Assembly: GCA_963674745.2 (NCBI GenBank) | Contig: CAXXDV010000003.1 | Span: 672,001-736,000 of the forward strand | Length of the DNA: 64,000 nucleotides | Origin: Desulfosudaceae bacterium | GTDB taxonomy: Bacteria > Desulfobacterota > Desulfobacteria > Desulfobacterales > Desulfosudaceae | Direction of reading: 5' to 3' | In this document: piece after piece, positions 55,505 to 64,000 of the stretch | Numbering within the stretch: the stretch's first letter is position 1 | How the letters are laid out: every line of letters begins with the position of its first letter | Position numbers and translations under genes: made by a program | The notes under the pieces: model-generated | Database searches by the model: none | Told to the model about the DNA's origin: nothing | The model's input: the letters and a program-made list of their open reading frames with translations, nothing else

Positions 55505-56257
55505 CTATTTGCGATACAGGATATCCAGGACATTGCGTGTGTACTGCTCGTCGGACTGTCCCTCGACGGCTTCCTGGGGAAAAACCACCAGGGTCCGGAA
55601 ATGTTCGGCAATCCGGTTAAAAAGGGAAACCCGGTCAGCCGGATTAAGTTGATTCCGTCTTAACAGCGCCTGCAGGACAACTCCGGCTTCGTCCGGTGTG
55701 GTCTGCTGGCGCAGGCGGGCCGCCAGATGAGGATAAACACGCAAAGAATTGTACTTGTCGGCCAGGACGCTGTCCAGATCGGGTTCGGGTATCGACTGCT
55801 TCCAGACGACAATGGTATTGGCCGCGAAATCGCCGATCCGTTGAGCGTTTGAAGACAGCAGGCAGGCCGCCCCTCCGACCAGGTATAACCCCGGCAGGCT
55901 GTCCAGAAAACGGAACAGGTTGCGCACCACGATCTGGCTGAACTGCAGGTTCAATCCCTGGGCATCCATCACATAGAGTTGAAAAATGCGTTTACCCACG
56001 GTCTGCCCGTCCCAGAACCATTCGAGAACGATCCGGTACGCGATGGAAATGATAAAGTAGATCAAAATGGACAATGCCACAGCAAAATCGGAGTTCAGGG
56101 CGCCGATGGCCTTGAACAGTCCTTCCAGCATGGTAAAGACCGCTATAACGGAGGCGGCATCGATTACCCAGGCCAGAAACCGGGTCACCGGGCCGGCCAG
56201 ACGCAGCGAAAAATCGATTCCTTCAGGCGTTATAATATTAAGCGTGTTGGTCCGCAT
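55505..56257 (-). CDS. RDD family membrane protein
   Basis: TPEGI, RFLAWVID, GQTVGKR, RNLFR, QRIGD.AANTIV. Confidence 0.92.
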   Translation of the reverse strand: MRTNTLNIITPEGIDFSLRLAGPVTRFLAWVIDAASVIAVFTMLEGLFKAIGALNSDFAVALSILIYFIISIAYRIVLEWFWDGQTVGKRIFQLYVMDAQGLNLQFSQIVVRNLFRFLDSLPGLYLVGGAACLLSSNAQRIGDFAANTIVVWKQSIPEPDLDSVLADKYNSLRVYPHLAARLRQQTTPDEAGVVLQALLRRNQLNPADRVSLFNRIAEHFRTLVVFPQEAVEGQSDEQYTRNVLDILYRK

Positions 56258-57245
56258 GTGTTTTCCTGCCCGACTTCCATAGGAAAAGAGTTAACAGTAA
56301 CAATTCGAATACGCCTAATGTAATTTTCAGTTCATAGCTGATAACCGGCTGGTGATATTGTGACAGATAAGACTCGACCAGACCGGCCCAGATCAGTAGC
56401 ACGGCGACACCGGCAATCAATGTTAAGATGTCCCTGGAGACGTCACGGAAACGCTGTCTCACGGACACGGGTTCACCTCGACCGACGAGTGTTCCGGCAA
56501 TCACCAGGCCGGCCTGACCGGCAATGAGAATGGCGGGGATTTCAATCGAACCGTGGGGCAGAAGCCAGCCCGCCAGAAAGCGAAGCTGGCCGTCCATTAT
56601 ATAATCAACAGCGATCGCTCCCAGGATGACGCCGTTATAAAACAGCATGATGATGGTGCCGATACCCCAGGAAATGCCCAGTACCATGATGAAAATAGAG
56701 ACCCGGGTGTTATGGGTCATCAGGTAGGAGGAAAACCGGGCCTTGTGGCCTTTCATGGTGTCCTTGTCCATGCTTTCCTCCATGGCCACACGTTCGGATG
56801 GTGTTTTCTGAAGATGCTCAAACGGTATCAAGACCGGTTTTGCCTGAGTGTCGAGGCCCACCGCCGCGCCGCCGAACACGCAACCGGTGACAGTGATCAG
56901 GGCGCTGATCAGAAATGCCTGTATATGCTTTCGGAAGGTTTGCGGAAAGGTGTTGAAAAACCAGTTCAGCAGAGCGATTTTACGCGGCCGCCGACCGGTT
57001 TCATGTATGTATCCGAATGCCCGGCCGACAAGGGACTCTAAATACTGGCGCAGATTCTTTTCCGATGAAAAGGTTTTGATCCTGGCGGTATCGGCCGAGG
57101 CCCGCTGGTAAAGATAGTGGAACCGCTTGATCTGGCCCAGATCCATGCGAAAAGACGGGTCCTTTTCCAGCTTGTCCAGAAAACCCTCCAGTTCCGTCCA
57201 ATATTCTCTTTCCTCGTTGATGAATCGGGAAATATCGATGATCAA
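56238..57245 (-). CDS. SpoIIM-like (DUF95) membrane protein
   Basis: W.ELE, YQRASAD, HNTRV, NGVILG, PHGSIE, AGLVES; TTG start overlaps the upstream stop. Confidence 0.88.
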   Translation of the reverse strand: MIIDISRFINEEREYWTELEGFLDKLEKDPSFRMDLGQIKRFHYLYQRASADTARIKTFSSEKNLRQYLESLVGRAFGYIHETGRRPRKIALLNWFFNTFPQTFRKHIQAFLISALITVTGCVFGGAAVGLDTQAKPVLIPFEHLQKTPSERVAMEESMDKDTMKGHKARFSSYLMTHNTRVSIFIMVLGISWGIGTIIMLFYNGVILGAIAVDYIMDGQLRFLAGWLLPHGSIEIPAILIAGQAGLVIAGTLVGRGEPVSVRQRFRDVSRDILTLIAGVAVLLIWAGLVESYLSQYHQPVISYELKITLGVFELLLLTLFLWKSGRKTHADQHA

Positions 57246-58627
57246 AGCAATTGACTCCGTTTGACCGCCAGGTATTGACGGGTTAATTGCAGGGACAGCT
57301 TGTCCCCCTCAACCATTGAAAAGTCGATGCCCATCCGTTTTAAACGGTTTTTTGTTCCGATGATGTTTTCCCATTCCAGGTGACCGCTGAGCGCGGTATA
57401 AAGATCTTTCGGGGTGGTCAAGGGAGAAGATGAAAAAATCGGGGCCACCCCCTCAGGATTGATCATGTTGACCAGAATGACATGGCGGTTTGAAATCATT
57501 TGCGCGTTTTTGACAAAACCATCAGCCAGGACCGGATCGTCCAGGCTGGTCAAAAAAATGAGCATGGCGCGTTTTCTCAGGCTGTTGCCGATAAAGGAAA
57601 ACAACTCATTAAAATCCGGTGACACCCGTTTGGGATAGAGGTTGTAAAGCATATCCCGACAGGTGTCATAGTGGGCTTTCCCGTTTCTGGCTTTGACAAA
57701 ACCACGGATACGGTCATCAAACGAAAGCAGGCCGAAAAGGTCACCCTGCCGTTCGATGGCCAGGCCGGACATGAGAACGGTCGCAATAAAATGATCAAGA
57801 AACGAACGGGTCCCTTGTAGCCGGTTCGGTTTTCCATCTGCCGGGTTCACACGCCTTTCGCCATCTGGAAATGGCGTGTGAACCCGGCGGCCGCTTAATC
57901 GTGAAGCGTCAATGACCATATACACTTCCTGGGTGCGTTCGATCTGGTATGTCTTGGTTACGGGAAATCCCCGCCGGGCGGTTGCTTTCCAGTGAATATC
58001 CTCATAACTGTCTCCCGGCAGATATTCCCGGAGTTGTTCGAAATCCCGGCCTTTTCCGATCTGCCGCAGGGCGTGGACGCCGCTCTGGCGTCCGGCCAGC
58101 AGCCAGGCCAGATATTTTTTTTCCGGAGACAGGTCGGGATAAACACGCAGCTGCGTGTTTATGCTCACTTCTCTGCGTTTTGACCATAAATTCAGAAAGG
58201 ATTCAGTCTCAACCCGGCATCGGTTGATGTAAAATTCACCCCGCATGCCGGGCGTGCAGTTCCAGGAAATATTGGATTGGGATGCTTCCGGCAAAAGGGC
58301 GACTGACATGTCGCGGGCGCTGCTGATATGTTCCGGTAGCCCCAGTCCGAGACGCAGGCGTTGTGCTGACTGGCTCCGGTTTAAGGCCTGAAAGGGGATC
58401 ACGGTTTCCCGGTTTTCGATCATGCGTACGACCAACGGAAATTCCAGAAAGAAGGTGTCTTTTTGCCTGCCGGTTATAACGGCATCGATCAGCGCCGCCA
58501 GAAACAGTATCAATACCGGCAGATAGCTGATGGCAGGTGTGCCCGGAATTCCTGCCCTGATAATGGAAGCCGGCAGAAGTGTCAATGCCGTCCAGAGAAT
58601 CAGTCTGTTTGTGGGAACAATCGTCAT
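57242..58627 (-). CDS. DUF58 (vWA-like) protein with N-terminal TM
   Basis: RGEF, VYPD, DFEQLREYLPGD...IHWKATARRG, IDASR. Confidence 0.92.
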   Translation of the reverse strand: MTIVPTNRLILWTALTLLPASIIRAGIPGTPAISYLPVLILFLAALIDAVITGRQKDTFFLEFPLVVRMIENRETVIPFQALNRSQSAQRLRLGLGLPEHISSARDMSVALLPEASQSNISWNCTPGMRGEFYINRCRVETESFLNLWSKRREVSINTQLRVYPDLSPEKKYLAWLLAGRQSGVHALRQIGKGRDFEQLREYLPGDSYEDIHWKATARRGFPVTKTYQIERTQEVYMVIDASRLSGRRVHTPFPDGERRVNPADGKPNRLQGTRSFLDHFIATVLMSGLAIERQGDLFGLLSFDDRIRGFVKARNGKAHYDTCRDMLYNLYPKRVSPDFNELFSFIGNSLRKRAMLIFLTSLDDPVLADGFVKNAQMISNRHVILVNMINPEGVAPIFSSSPLTTPKDLYTALSGHLEWENIIGTKNRLKRMGIDFSMVEGDKLSLQLTRQYLAVKRSQLL

Positions 58628-58636
58628 GTCAGCCTG

Positions 58637-59638
58637 TCACCGCGGCACGGCTATGCCGGCCAGAATTTCTTCAATTACTTCAGCGGTCGTCAGTCGTTCA
58701 ATCTCGTATTCCGGTCGCAGTACCAGGCGATGCTCCAGGACCGGTCGGGCCATGTATTTGATGTCATCGGGAATGACAAAATCGCGGCCTTCAACAGCCG
58801 CCAGGGCCCGGCTGGACAAAAGCAGCGCCTGTGTGGCCCGGGGGCCGGCCCCGACCAGGACACTCTGGTGAGTGCGGGTGGCCCGGACGATGGTAACGAT
58901 ATATTCAACCAGTTCATCCTTGACCATGACGTCGAGTAGGGTCTCACGGAACACGCTGAGCGTTTCGGGTTTAAGCACAGGTCGAACCGCTCCGGCAGCC
59001 AGAACGGCTTCCGGTGAATCCTTGCCACGGGTTCGATGGGCCAGTTGAACTTCTTCTTCATGGCCGGGCGGTTCCATGGTGATTTTGAGGAAAAACCGGT
59101 CCTTCTGGGCCTCCGGAAGGGGATAAGTACCTTCGTATTCAATCGGGTTCTGGGTGGCAAAGACCGTAAAGTCCGGCGACAGCAGGTGGGTCTTACGATC
59201 GATGGTGACGGTGCGTTCCTGCATGGCCTGCAGCAGGGCGGACTGGGTTTTGGCCGGCGCCCGGTTGATTTCATCGGCGAGCAAAAAGGTGGTAAACACA
59301 GGTCCCTTGACCAGGGAAAAGGCATTTTTCTGTAAATTGAAAACATGGGTGCCGGTAATGTCGGCCGGCATCAAATCCGGGGTGAATTGAATCCGTGAAA
59401 ACTCACAGCTCAGCACATGCGCCAGGGTCCTGACCAGCAGGGTCTTGGCAATGCCGGGCACCCCTTCGATGAGAACATGATGATTGGTGAAGATGGCGAT
59501 CAGGGCTTTGTTGATCACGTCCTCCTGGCCGATAATGACCTTGCCCACCTCCTGCCTGGCATCGGCCAGAATGGTTCTCAACGCCTCCGTATTGGCGCGG
59601 GATTCCGGTGCTGCTTCCTGTTGGTGTTCGTCGTTCAT
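58637..59638 (-). CDS. MoxR family AAA+ ATPase
   Basis: IEGVPGIAKT, RIQFTPDLMPAD, DEINRAPAKTQSALL, ATQNPIE.EGTYPLPEAQ.DRF. Confidence 0.96.
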   Translation of the reverse strand: MNDEHQQEAAPESRANTEALRTILADARQEVGKVIIGQEDVINKALIAIFTNHHVLIEGVPGIAKTLLVRTLAHVLSCEFSRIQFTPDLMPADITGTHVFNLQKNAFSLVKGPVFTTFLLADEINRAPAKTQSALLQAMQERTVTIDRKTHLLSPDFTVFATQNPIEYEGTYPLPEAQKDRFFLKITMEPPGHEEEVQLAHRTRGKDSPEAVLAAGAVRPVLKPETLSVFRETLLDVMVKDELVEYIVTIVRATRTHQSVLVGAGPRATQALLLSSRALAAVEGRDFVIPDDIKYMARPVLEHRLVLRPEYEIERLTTAEVIEEILAGIAVPR

Positions 59639-59649
59639 GGTGCTCCCTC

Positions 59650-60894
59650 TTATTCGGATAATATTTTCAAGATGGTGTTATATTGCTTTATGGGATCATT
59701 TTTTCGTTTTGATTTGTTGCCGCCGGCTGTTATGACGGCCCGGGCCTGTTCGAGCTTTCGGGTGGTGGCGGGATATTTTATTTTGGCCCTGTTGGCCGGC
59801 GAGTTCTCCCATTCCACAACCGCCAGCCGGACAATGTCGGCGGGAGAATAGCGGCGTTTGAGCATGTTGGTCAGGCCGGCCAGGTTGCCCTTTCCGGTTC
59901 TTATTGTTTCCGAACCGTCTGTCCCCGTGGTTTCGTGTATCGGCACCAGAACGGCCGTCTGTTTCCAGATAAACAGCACCGCTATTATCACTAATGTGCC
60001 GAGTAATCCGAAAAGATTATATTTTCTGATCAATGAGGCGATGCCCGGCGATTTTTGAATTCCCAGGTGGGACTCGTCGAATACAATACGATCTGAATCG
60101 CCGACGAGCCAGGCCAGCAAGGCTGCCGGTGATTCTTTTTTCAGGGCCTCATTGCTGAAAAGATAACTGTCGGTCAGTAGGATGATGCTGCCTTTTCCCC
60201 ATTTTTTTTCAATGATCACCGGCCGGTCGTTTTTTGTATAGATAACCCGCCAGTCTTCGGCCGTTTGTTTGAAATAGCGCGTGGTCGGCCAGAACACCAT
60301 CGGCATGGTACTCCGGAGGGGGCTGTCAAATGCGGCTGTGGCAAACATGTCTTCCGGTTTTTCGGTTTCAGCGGCGATGGAGAACTCCCAGCGTTCAGAG
60401 ATAGATTGAAAAGTTTCTTCTTTTTCCGGCTGCTCATCCCCGGGTTCATCCTCGTCCGTTGGGCACGGGCATGGGTCATTCTTTTTTTCGGTCTCCGAAT
60501 CGGTTTTGGTTGCATTCTCCAGGGTGGTCCGGGGGAGGCAGGAAACAACCACCCGGCCGCCCACAGCAGCCGTATGTTCAAAATAAGCAAATGTTTTTTC
60601 GTCAAACAGGCTATGTTCAAAGCCAGCTGTTCCCAGATAAAAGAAAGCCCGTTTTTCATTGTCATGAGGAATACGGTTGATCTGCTTCAGGTTTCGGGTC
60701 ACCGTCAACGACGGCAGGGTCATCAGGCTTTCGTAGAACACCTTGCTGCCCAGGGGGTCGCTTCTGAACGAGGAGTAAGGCGGGTAAATATCACCGGCCT
60801 GGAAACGGAGATCGAACAATTTGAACACACCGCCCAGAAAAAGGATGATCAGGCAGACGAAAAGAATTTGTATGAGTTTATTGCCCGTAGACAA
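59650..60894 (-). CDS. DUF4350-type membrane-anchored protein
   Basis: TM then YSSFRSDPLGSKV; GKGSIILL...SNE; FDESHLG; second TM. Start uncertain (TTG 60894; ORF open to 60939). Confidence 0.75.
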   Translation of the reverse strand: MSTGNKLIQILFVCLIILFLGGVFKLFDLRFQAGDIYPPYSSFRSDPLGSKVFYESLMTLPSLTVTRNLKQINRIPHDNEKRAFFYLGTAGFEHSLFDEKTFAYFEHTAAVGGRVVVSCLPRTTLENATKTDSETEKKNDPCPCPTDEDEPGDEQPEKEETFQSISERWEFSIAAETEKPEDMFATAAFDSPLRSTMPMVFWPTTRYFKQTAEDWRVIYTKNDRPVIIEKKWGKGSIILLTDSYLFSNEALKKESPAALLAWLVGDSDRIVFDESHLGIQKSPGIASLIRKYNLFGLLGTLVIIAVLFIWKQTAVLVPIHETTGTDGSETIRTGKGNLAGLTNMLKRRYSPADIVRLAVVEWENSPANRAKIKYPATTRKLEQARAVITAGGNKSKRKNDPIKQYNTILKILSE

Positions 60895-62554
60895 GATTGA
60901 CGATCCTTTTGTGGTTGTCTGTAAACAATTCGACATCATTCCGGCTTACGCCATACAGGCCGTACCAGGTCCTGTCAAACAAGGTGACGTTAGCTGAAAA
61001 CAGGTCCTGGGCGTCTTTGTTTTCATGTAGACGACGGCGCAGTTCCGTGGCGTAATCCCGATTGGATTTATGTCTGGCGATCTGAATCACCCCTATTTCC
61101 GCCAGATAGGCCAGGGTGGCCAGGTAAACGGCACGCAATCCCTGTCGCAGTTCTCCTTTGGCGACCAGATCATTGGCCAGGGAGAGCCACTGGTCGACAT
61201 TCAACTCTTTTGCGTCGACATTTTCATCATTCAGGTCCGGCACAACAGGCTCATCTTCCTCAAGGTTGTCTTGAACCCGTTTTTTCCGCGCGGCCCACAC
61301 TCTTTTGGCATAAACACCCAACATGGCGCCAAAAACGCATAAAAGAAGGAACAATAATATTTTAATCCATCCTATCCAATTGATATTGCTTGACTTTATT
61401 TTGCCTGGAGGCGCTGACCGGGCGCTTTCCCGAAACCAGTCAACCAGCTTTTTTGCCAGCGGTTTGAGTATGTCGATCACCGGAGATGCAGCTGTTTTGA
61501 GAATCGGTTTTACCCATTTGAAGAAAGCTGCCAGGGGATTGAACAGCTCCCTGCTTGCATGATCGTTTCTTTCTCTTGGCAGGCGCCATGAAAATTCCGG
61601 ACGCTCAAGTACCGTCCGGATAGCAACATTCAGGTCCGCAGCGGCGACAGACTCGGCAACCGGCTGATCAACCGTCTGTTCGGCTGCGGCATGGCCACAC
61701 AGGAAGGTTACCATCAGCAAAATCGACAGAACGACAGGGATGGTTTTTCTTACAGCGGCCAGGCGACGTAACGCTACATTGAGGTCTTCACCGGTCTGGA
61801 TCGATTCATCATAAAAAGAGCGTAATGTGTATACGGTCTTAACCAGGGGGTCGACGCAAAGGTAGCACAGGCCCATAGAAACAGCCAGGTAAGTGGTGTT
61901 GAGAAATGAGCGCCAGGTCAGTGTGAAAATTGTTTCAAACCCGAATAGTGTTTTTAAAAGGTAGGGCAGAGCGAACAGCCCGATCAGGATATTAAAGAAG
62001 ACGACCGTACCGAATGCGGACAGGATGAGGAAAAGCACATGGTTCTGTTTCGGCCACGACCGGCACTGGCGAACGGCCCGGCCGACAGCCTCGCCAAGAC
62101 TTTCCGGGTGGGTATTGTCCATCAGGGACAGATGCTGATAAAAGGCGAATATCCAGGCAAAGGGAATCGTAAAAACCATGGCCAGGGGCAGGAGAACCCA
62201 TCCCGTCGGCTGGATGACCGATTGGACAAAAGCAATCCGCGAAAGGCTTTTCAGTGTTCCGGGGCGGTGGGGCATAAGGCTCAGCAAAGATCTGACCCGA
62301 TCCATAAACAGGGATTGCCAGATTTTCATCCAGGCAAAAAGAAGCGCCAGCCCTAAAGCTGCGGCGGCACAATGCTCGGCGGCAAAGGCACTACGGCTCA
62401 TGTCTCCCCAGAAGAAGAGAAAACCCATAATAAAAGGAAGGCTGCCGATATAGTATATCGGCAGTAGTGTCAGGGCATTTCCCCGCAGGAGATGGGTTGC
62501 CTCATCGATAATTTCAAGCGCGCTTTTTTCCTGTATTTTTTTCATCTTTTTCAT
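60878..62554 (-). CDS. Polytopic membrane protein with C-terminal DUF4129-like domain
   Basis: Multiple TMs; GEDL; R..YLATL...KSNRDY..EL...FDRTWYG. Confidence 0.8.
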   Translation of the reverse strand: MKKMKKIQEKSALEIIDEATHLLRGNALTLLPIYYIGSLPFIMGFLFFWGDMSRSAFAAEHCAAAALGLALLFAWMKIWQSLFMDRVRSLLSLMPHRPGTLKSLSRIAFVQSVIQPTGWVLLPLAMVFTIPFAWIFAFYQHLSLMDNTHPESLGEAVGRAVRQCRSWPKQNHVLFLILSAFGTVVFFNILIGLFALPYLLKTLFGFETIFTLTWRSFLNTTYLAVSMGLCYLCVDPLVKTVYTLRSFYDESIQTGEDLNVALRRLAAVRKTIPVVLSILLMVTFLCGHAAAEQTVDQPVAESVAAADLNVAIRTVLERPEFSWRLPRERNDHASRELFNPLAAFFKWVKPILKTAASPVIDILKPLAKKLVDWFRESARSAPPGKIKSSNINWIGWIKILLFLLLCVFGAMLGVYAKRVWAARKKRVQDNLEEDEPVVPDLNDENVDAKELNVDQWLSLANDLVAKGELRQGLRAVYLATLAYLAEIGVIQIARHKSNRDYATELRRRLHENKDAQDLFSANVTLFDRTWYGLYGVSRNDVELFTDNHKRIVNLVYGQ

Positions 62555-62874
62555 AAATTATGCCACCAGCCCGTCTGCCAGAGTGTGCCGTCATGAAAAG
62601 CAGTAGGCAACATGATCAGCAGCCGGCCGATATAGTAAAAAACGCACCATGACAGGAAAAATCCGGCAGCTGCCAGCAAGGCCTGGAGAATCCACGCAAA
62701 CCGTTTGGCGGATAAGGGTTTTTCTGATGATAGCGACCTGATGCAGGACGCACACAGCATCCGTCCGTCATGTTCGGTGACGCATTCCCGGCAGAAAAAC
62801 CGGCCGCAGACCGGACAACGTGCTGCGGCTTCGCGGGATTGATGATTGGCGCATCGCTTCCGGTGGATATCCAT
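62551..62874 (-). CDS. B-box-like zinc-finger protein with C-terminal TM
   Basis: CANH...AAARCPVCGRFFCRECV...LCASC followed by a hydrophobic helix. Confidence 0.82.
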   Translation of the reverse strand: MDIHRKRCANHQSREAAARCPVCGRFFCRECVTEHDGRMLCASCIRSLSSEKPLSAKRFAWILQALLAAAGFFLSWCVFYYIGRLLIMLPTAFHDGTLWQTGWWHNL

Positions 62875-63878
62875 CAGGCTTGATTCAATCGTCGATGTCT
62901 GAGTATAAAAACAAAACCCGTTATGCCAAGCAACAGGTCGGCGACAATAAAAAACAGGTAGCTGCTCAGCAGGACAGGATCATTCCGGACGGATACCGCG
63001 GACAAAGCCGCCATCAAAGTCCACTGGTCCTGCATGGCTTGATTCGAAAATCCCAGATGTTTTATCATGATATAGATGATCAGAAAGTAGCTTGCCACGA
63101 AGGTGATGATCGCGTATCCGAGATTAACCCACGTCAACCGACGCAGGGGCGCAAACAGATTACTGTTCTGCTGCCGCACCAGAGAGACGATAACGGTGAT
63201 CAGAAAACAGAAAAACAGGAGCGTTCCCAGGGACATGAAAAAGCTGTTATGAAAATCAATGCTGATACTGGTAACCAGGGCGTTGATCAGAATCAGGCAG
63301 ATCATGGCGGTGTGCCAGCGCCCCCTGAGCCTTTTTTGCGGCTCTGACAGACCCACGGACGACCTCACGCCTCCGGTTCCTTTATCCGGCAGGAAGATGG
63401 CGTCGGCCTGAAGCGACTCCGCGGAGATGGCCCCCTGGGCTTCCTCGATCAGGGGCTTTAACCGACGAATCACCTTTTTCGCCGTACGCAGTCGATATAA
63501 TGACGGTAGTTTTTCCATCTGGACCGCGGTGATCAGATGGCATTCACTGCTGGTCCCGTAAAGCAGTTGCTGTATGAAGAGCCCTGTGAGCGGAACGCAC
63601 ATGACGCCGAAGAAGATGGTCCAGCCGCCGGAAAGAAGGAGCGCCAGCCCAAGAAAAAGGGCGCTGAAAAAGCCTGACACGGCGATGGTGATTTTCCAGC
63701 TTTCAACTTTTCGAAGCACGATGGCTTTGATGTCCCGAAAGTAGAAGCGCTTGTATTCTTCGACAAACACCCGGGTGGTAAGTGACAGCAGGTGATCCCT
63801 GCCCAGCAGAAGCTGCTGCCTGGTGAAAGAATACCGTTTGATGCCGGGCAGTTTTTTATATTCTTTTTTTCGGGCCAT
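62874..63878 (-). CDS. Membrane protein of unknown function (MoxR operon)
   Basis: LLLGRDHLL...EEYKRFYFRDIKAI; several TM segments; coupled to the next gene. Confidence 0.8.
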   Translation of the reverse strand: MARKKEYKKLPGIKRYSFTRQQLLLGRDHLLSLTTRVFVEEYKRFYFRDIKAIVLRKVESWKITIAVSGFFSALFLGLALLLSGGWTIFFGVMCVPLTGLFIQQLLYGTSSECHLITAVQMEKLPSLYRLRTAKKVIRRLKPLIEEAQGAISAESLQADAIFLPDKGTGGVRSSVGLSEPQKRLRGRWHTAMICLILINALVTSISIDFHNSFFMSLGTLLFFCFLITVIVSLVRQQNSNLFAPLRRLTWVNLGYAIITFVASYFLIIYIMIKHLGFSNQAMQDQWTLMAALSAVSVRNDPVLLSSYLFFIVADLLLGITGFVFILRHRRLNQA

Positions 63879-63895
63879 AATTTTTTGTCAATTTT

Positions 63896-64000
63896 TCATG
63901 TCAGCCGGATCAAGGCATAAACGCCCCAGGACCAGGCCGCGATCTGCAGGCCCGCAATCAGGAAAGCGGCCATAAACCGGATTTTTGTTCTGGGCATAAT
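63896..64000 (-). CDS. C-terminal end of a membrane protein (begins outside window)
   Basis: Open frame IMPRTKIRFMAAFLIAGLQIAAWSWGVYALIRLT*, same strand as the operon. Confidence 0.6.
   Translation of the reverse strand: MMPRTKIRFMAAFLIAGLQIAAWSWGVYALIRLT

Noticed and set aside
56238..57245. Sporulation function
   Set aside because: SpoIIM-like (DUF95) proteins in MoxR operons occur in non-sporulating bacteria; the window is diderm-type (TolC) with no other spo genes.

Overview
Chromosomal window from a bacterium whose gene set and repeat families suggest an anaerobic Desulfobacterota (Desulfobacterales-like); this is inference, not a taxonomic test. I found no rRNA, tRNA, CRISPR array or intact transposase. 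Main blocks: (1) 6.3-14.9 kb, a divergent anaerobic CoA-ester redox locus with two ASKHA ATP-dependent activases, two 2-hydroxyacyl-CoA dehydratase/benzoyl-CoA reductase-family subunits (one with six Cys and probably a CTG start), an Fe-S GMC oxidoreductase, an enoyl-CoA hydratase homolog, a CooC/AcsF Ni-chaperone and a truncated acetyl-CoA-synthase-like protein; (2) 15.3-21.5 kb, TetR-TolC-MFP-RND cassette bracketed by REP-like repeats; (3) flippase plus an SPFH pair; (4) 29.3-38.8 kb, a TIGR04282/TIGR04283 ('arsenosugar'-type) transferase cluster built around a 1047-aa radical SAM / ArsM-like methyltransferase / Cys-rich fusion and a DedA-flavoprotein disulfide reductase fusion, directly downstream of hisI-hisG-engB-era; (5) 43-54 kb, two tandem modular subtilases and a PKD-repeat surface protein; (6) 55.5-64 kb, a MoxR/DUF58/DUF4350/DUF4129/SpoIIM/RDD operon. 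The best candidates for an undescribed system are block 1 and block 4. All family assignments come from motif recognition by eye and need HMM or structure confirmation.
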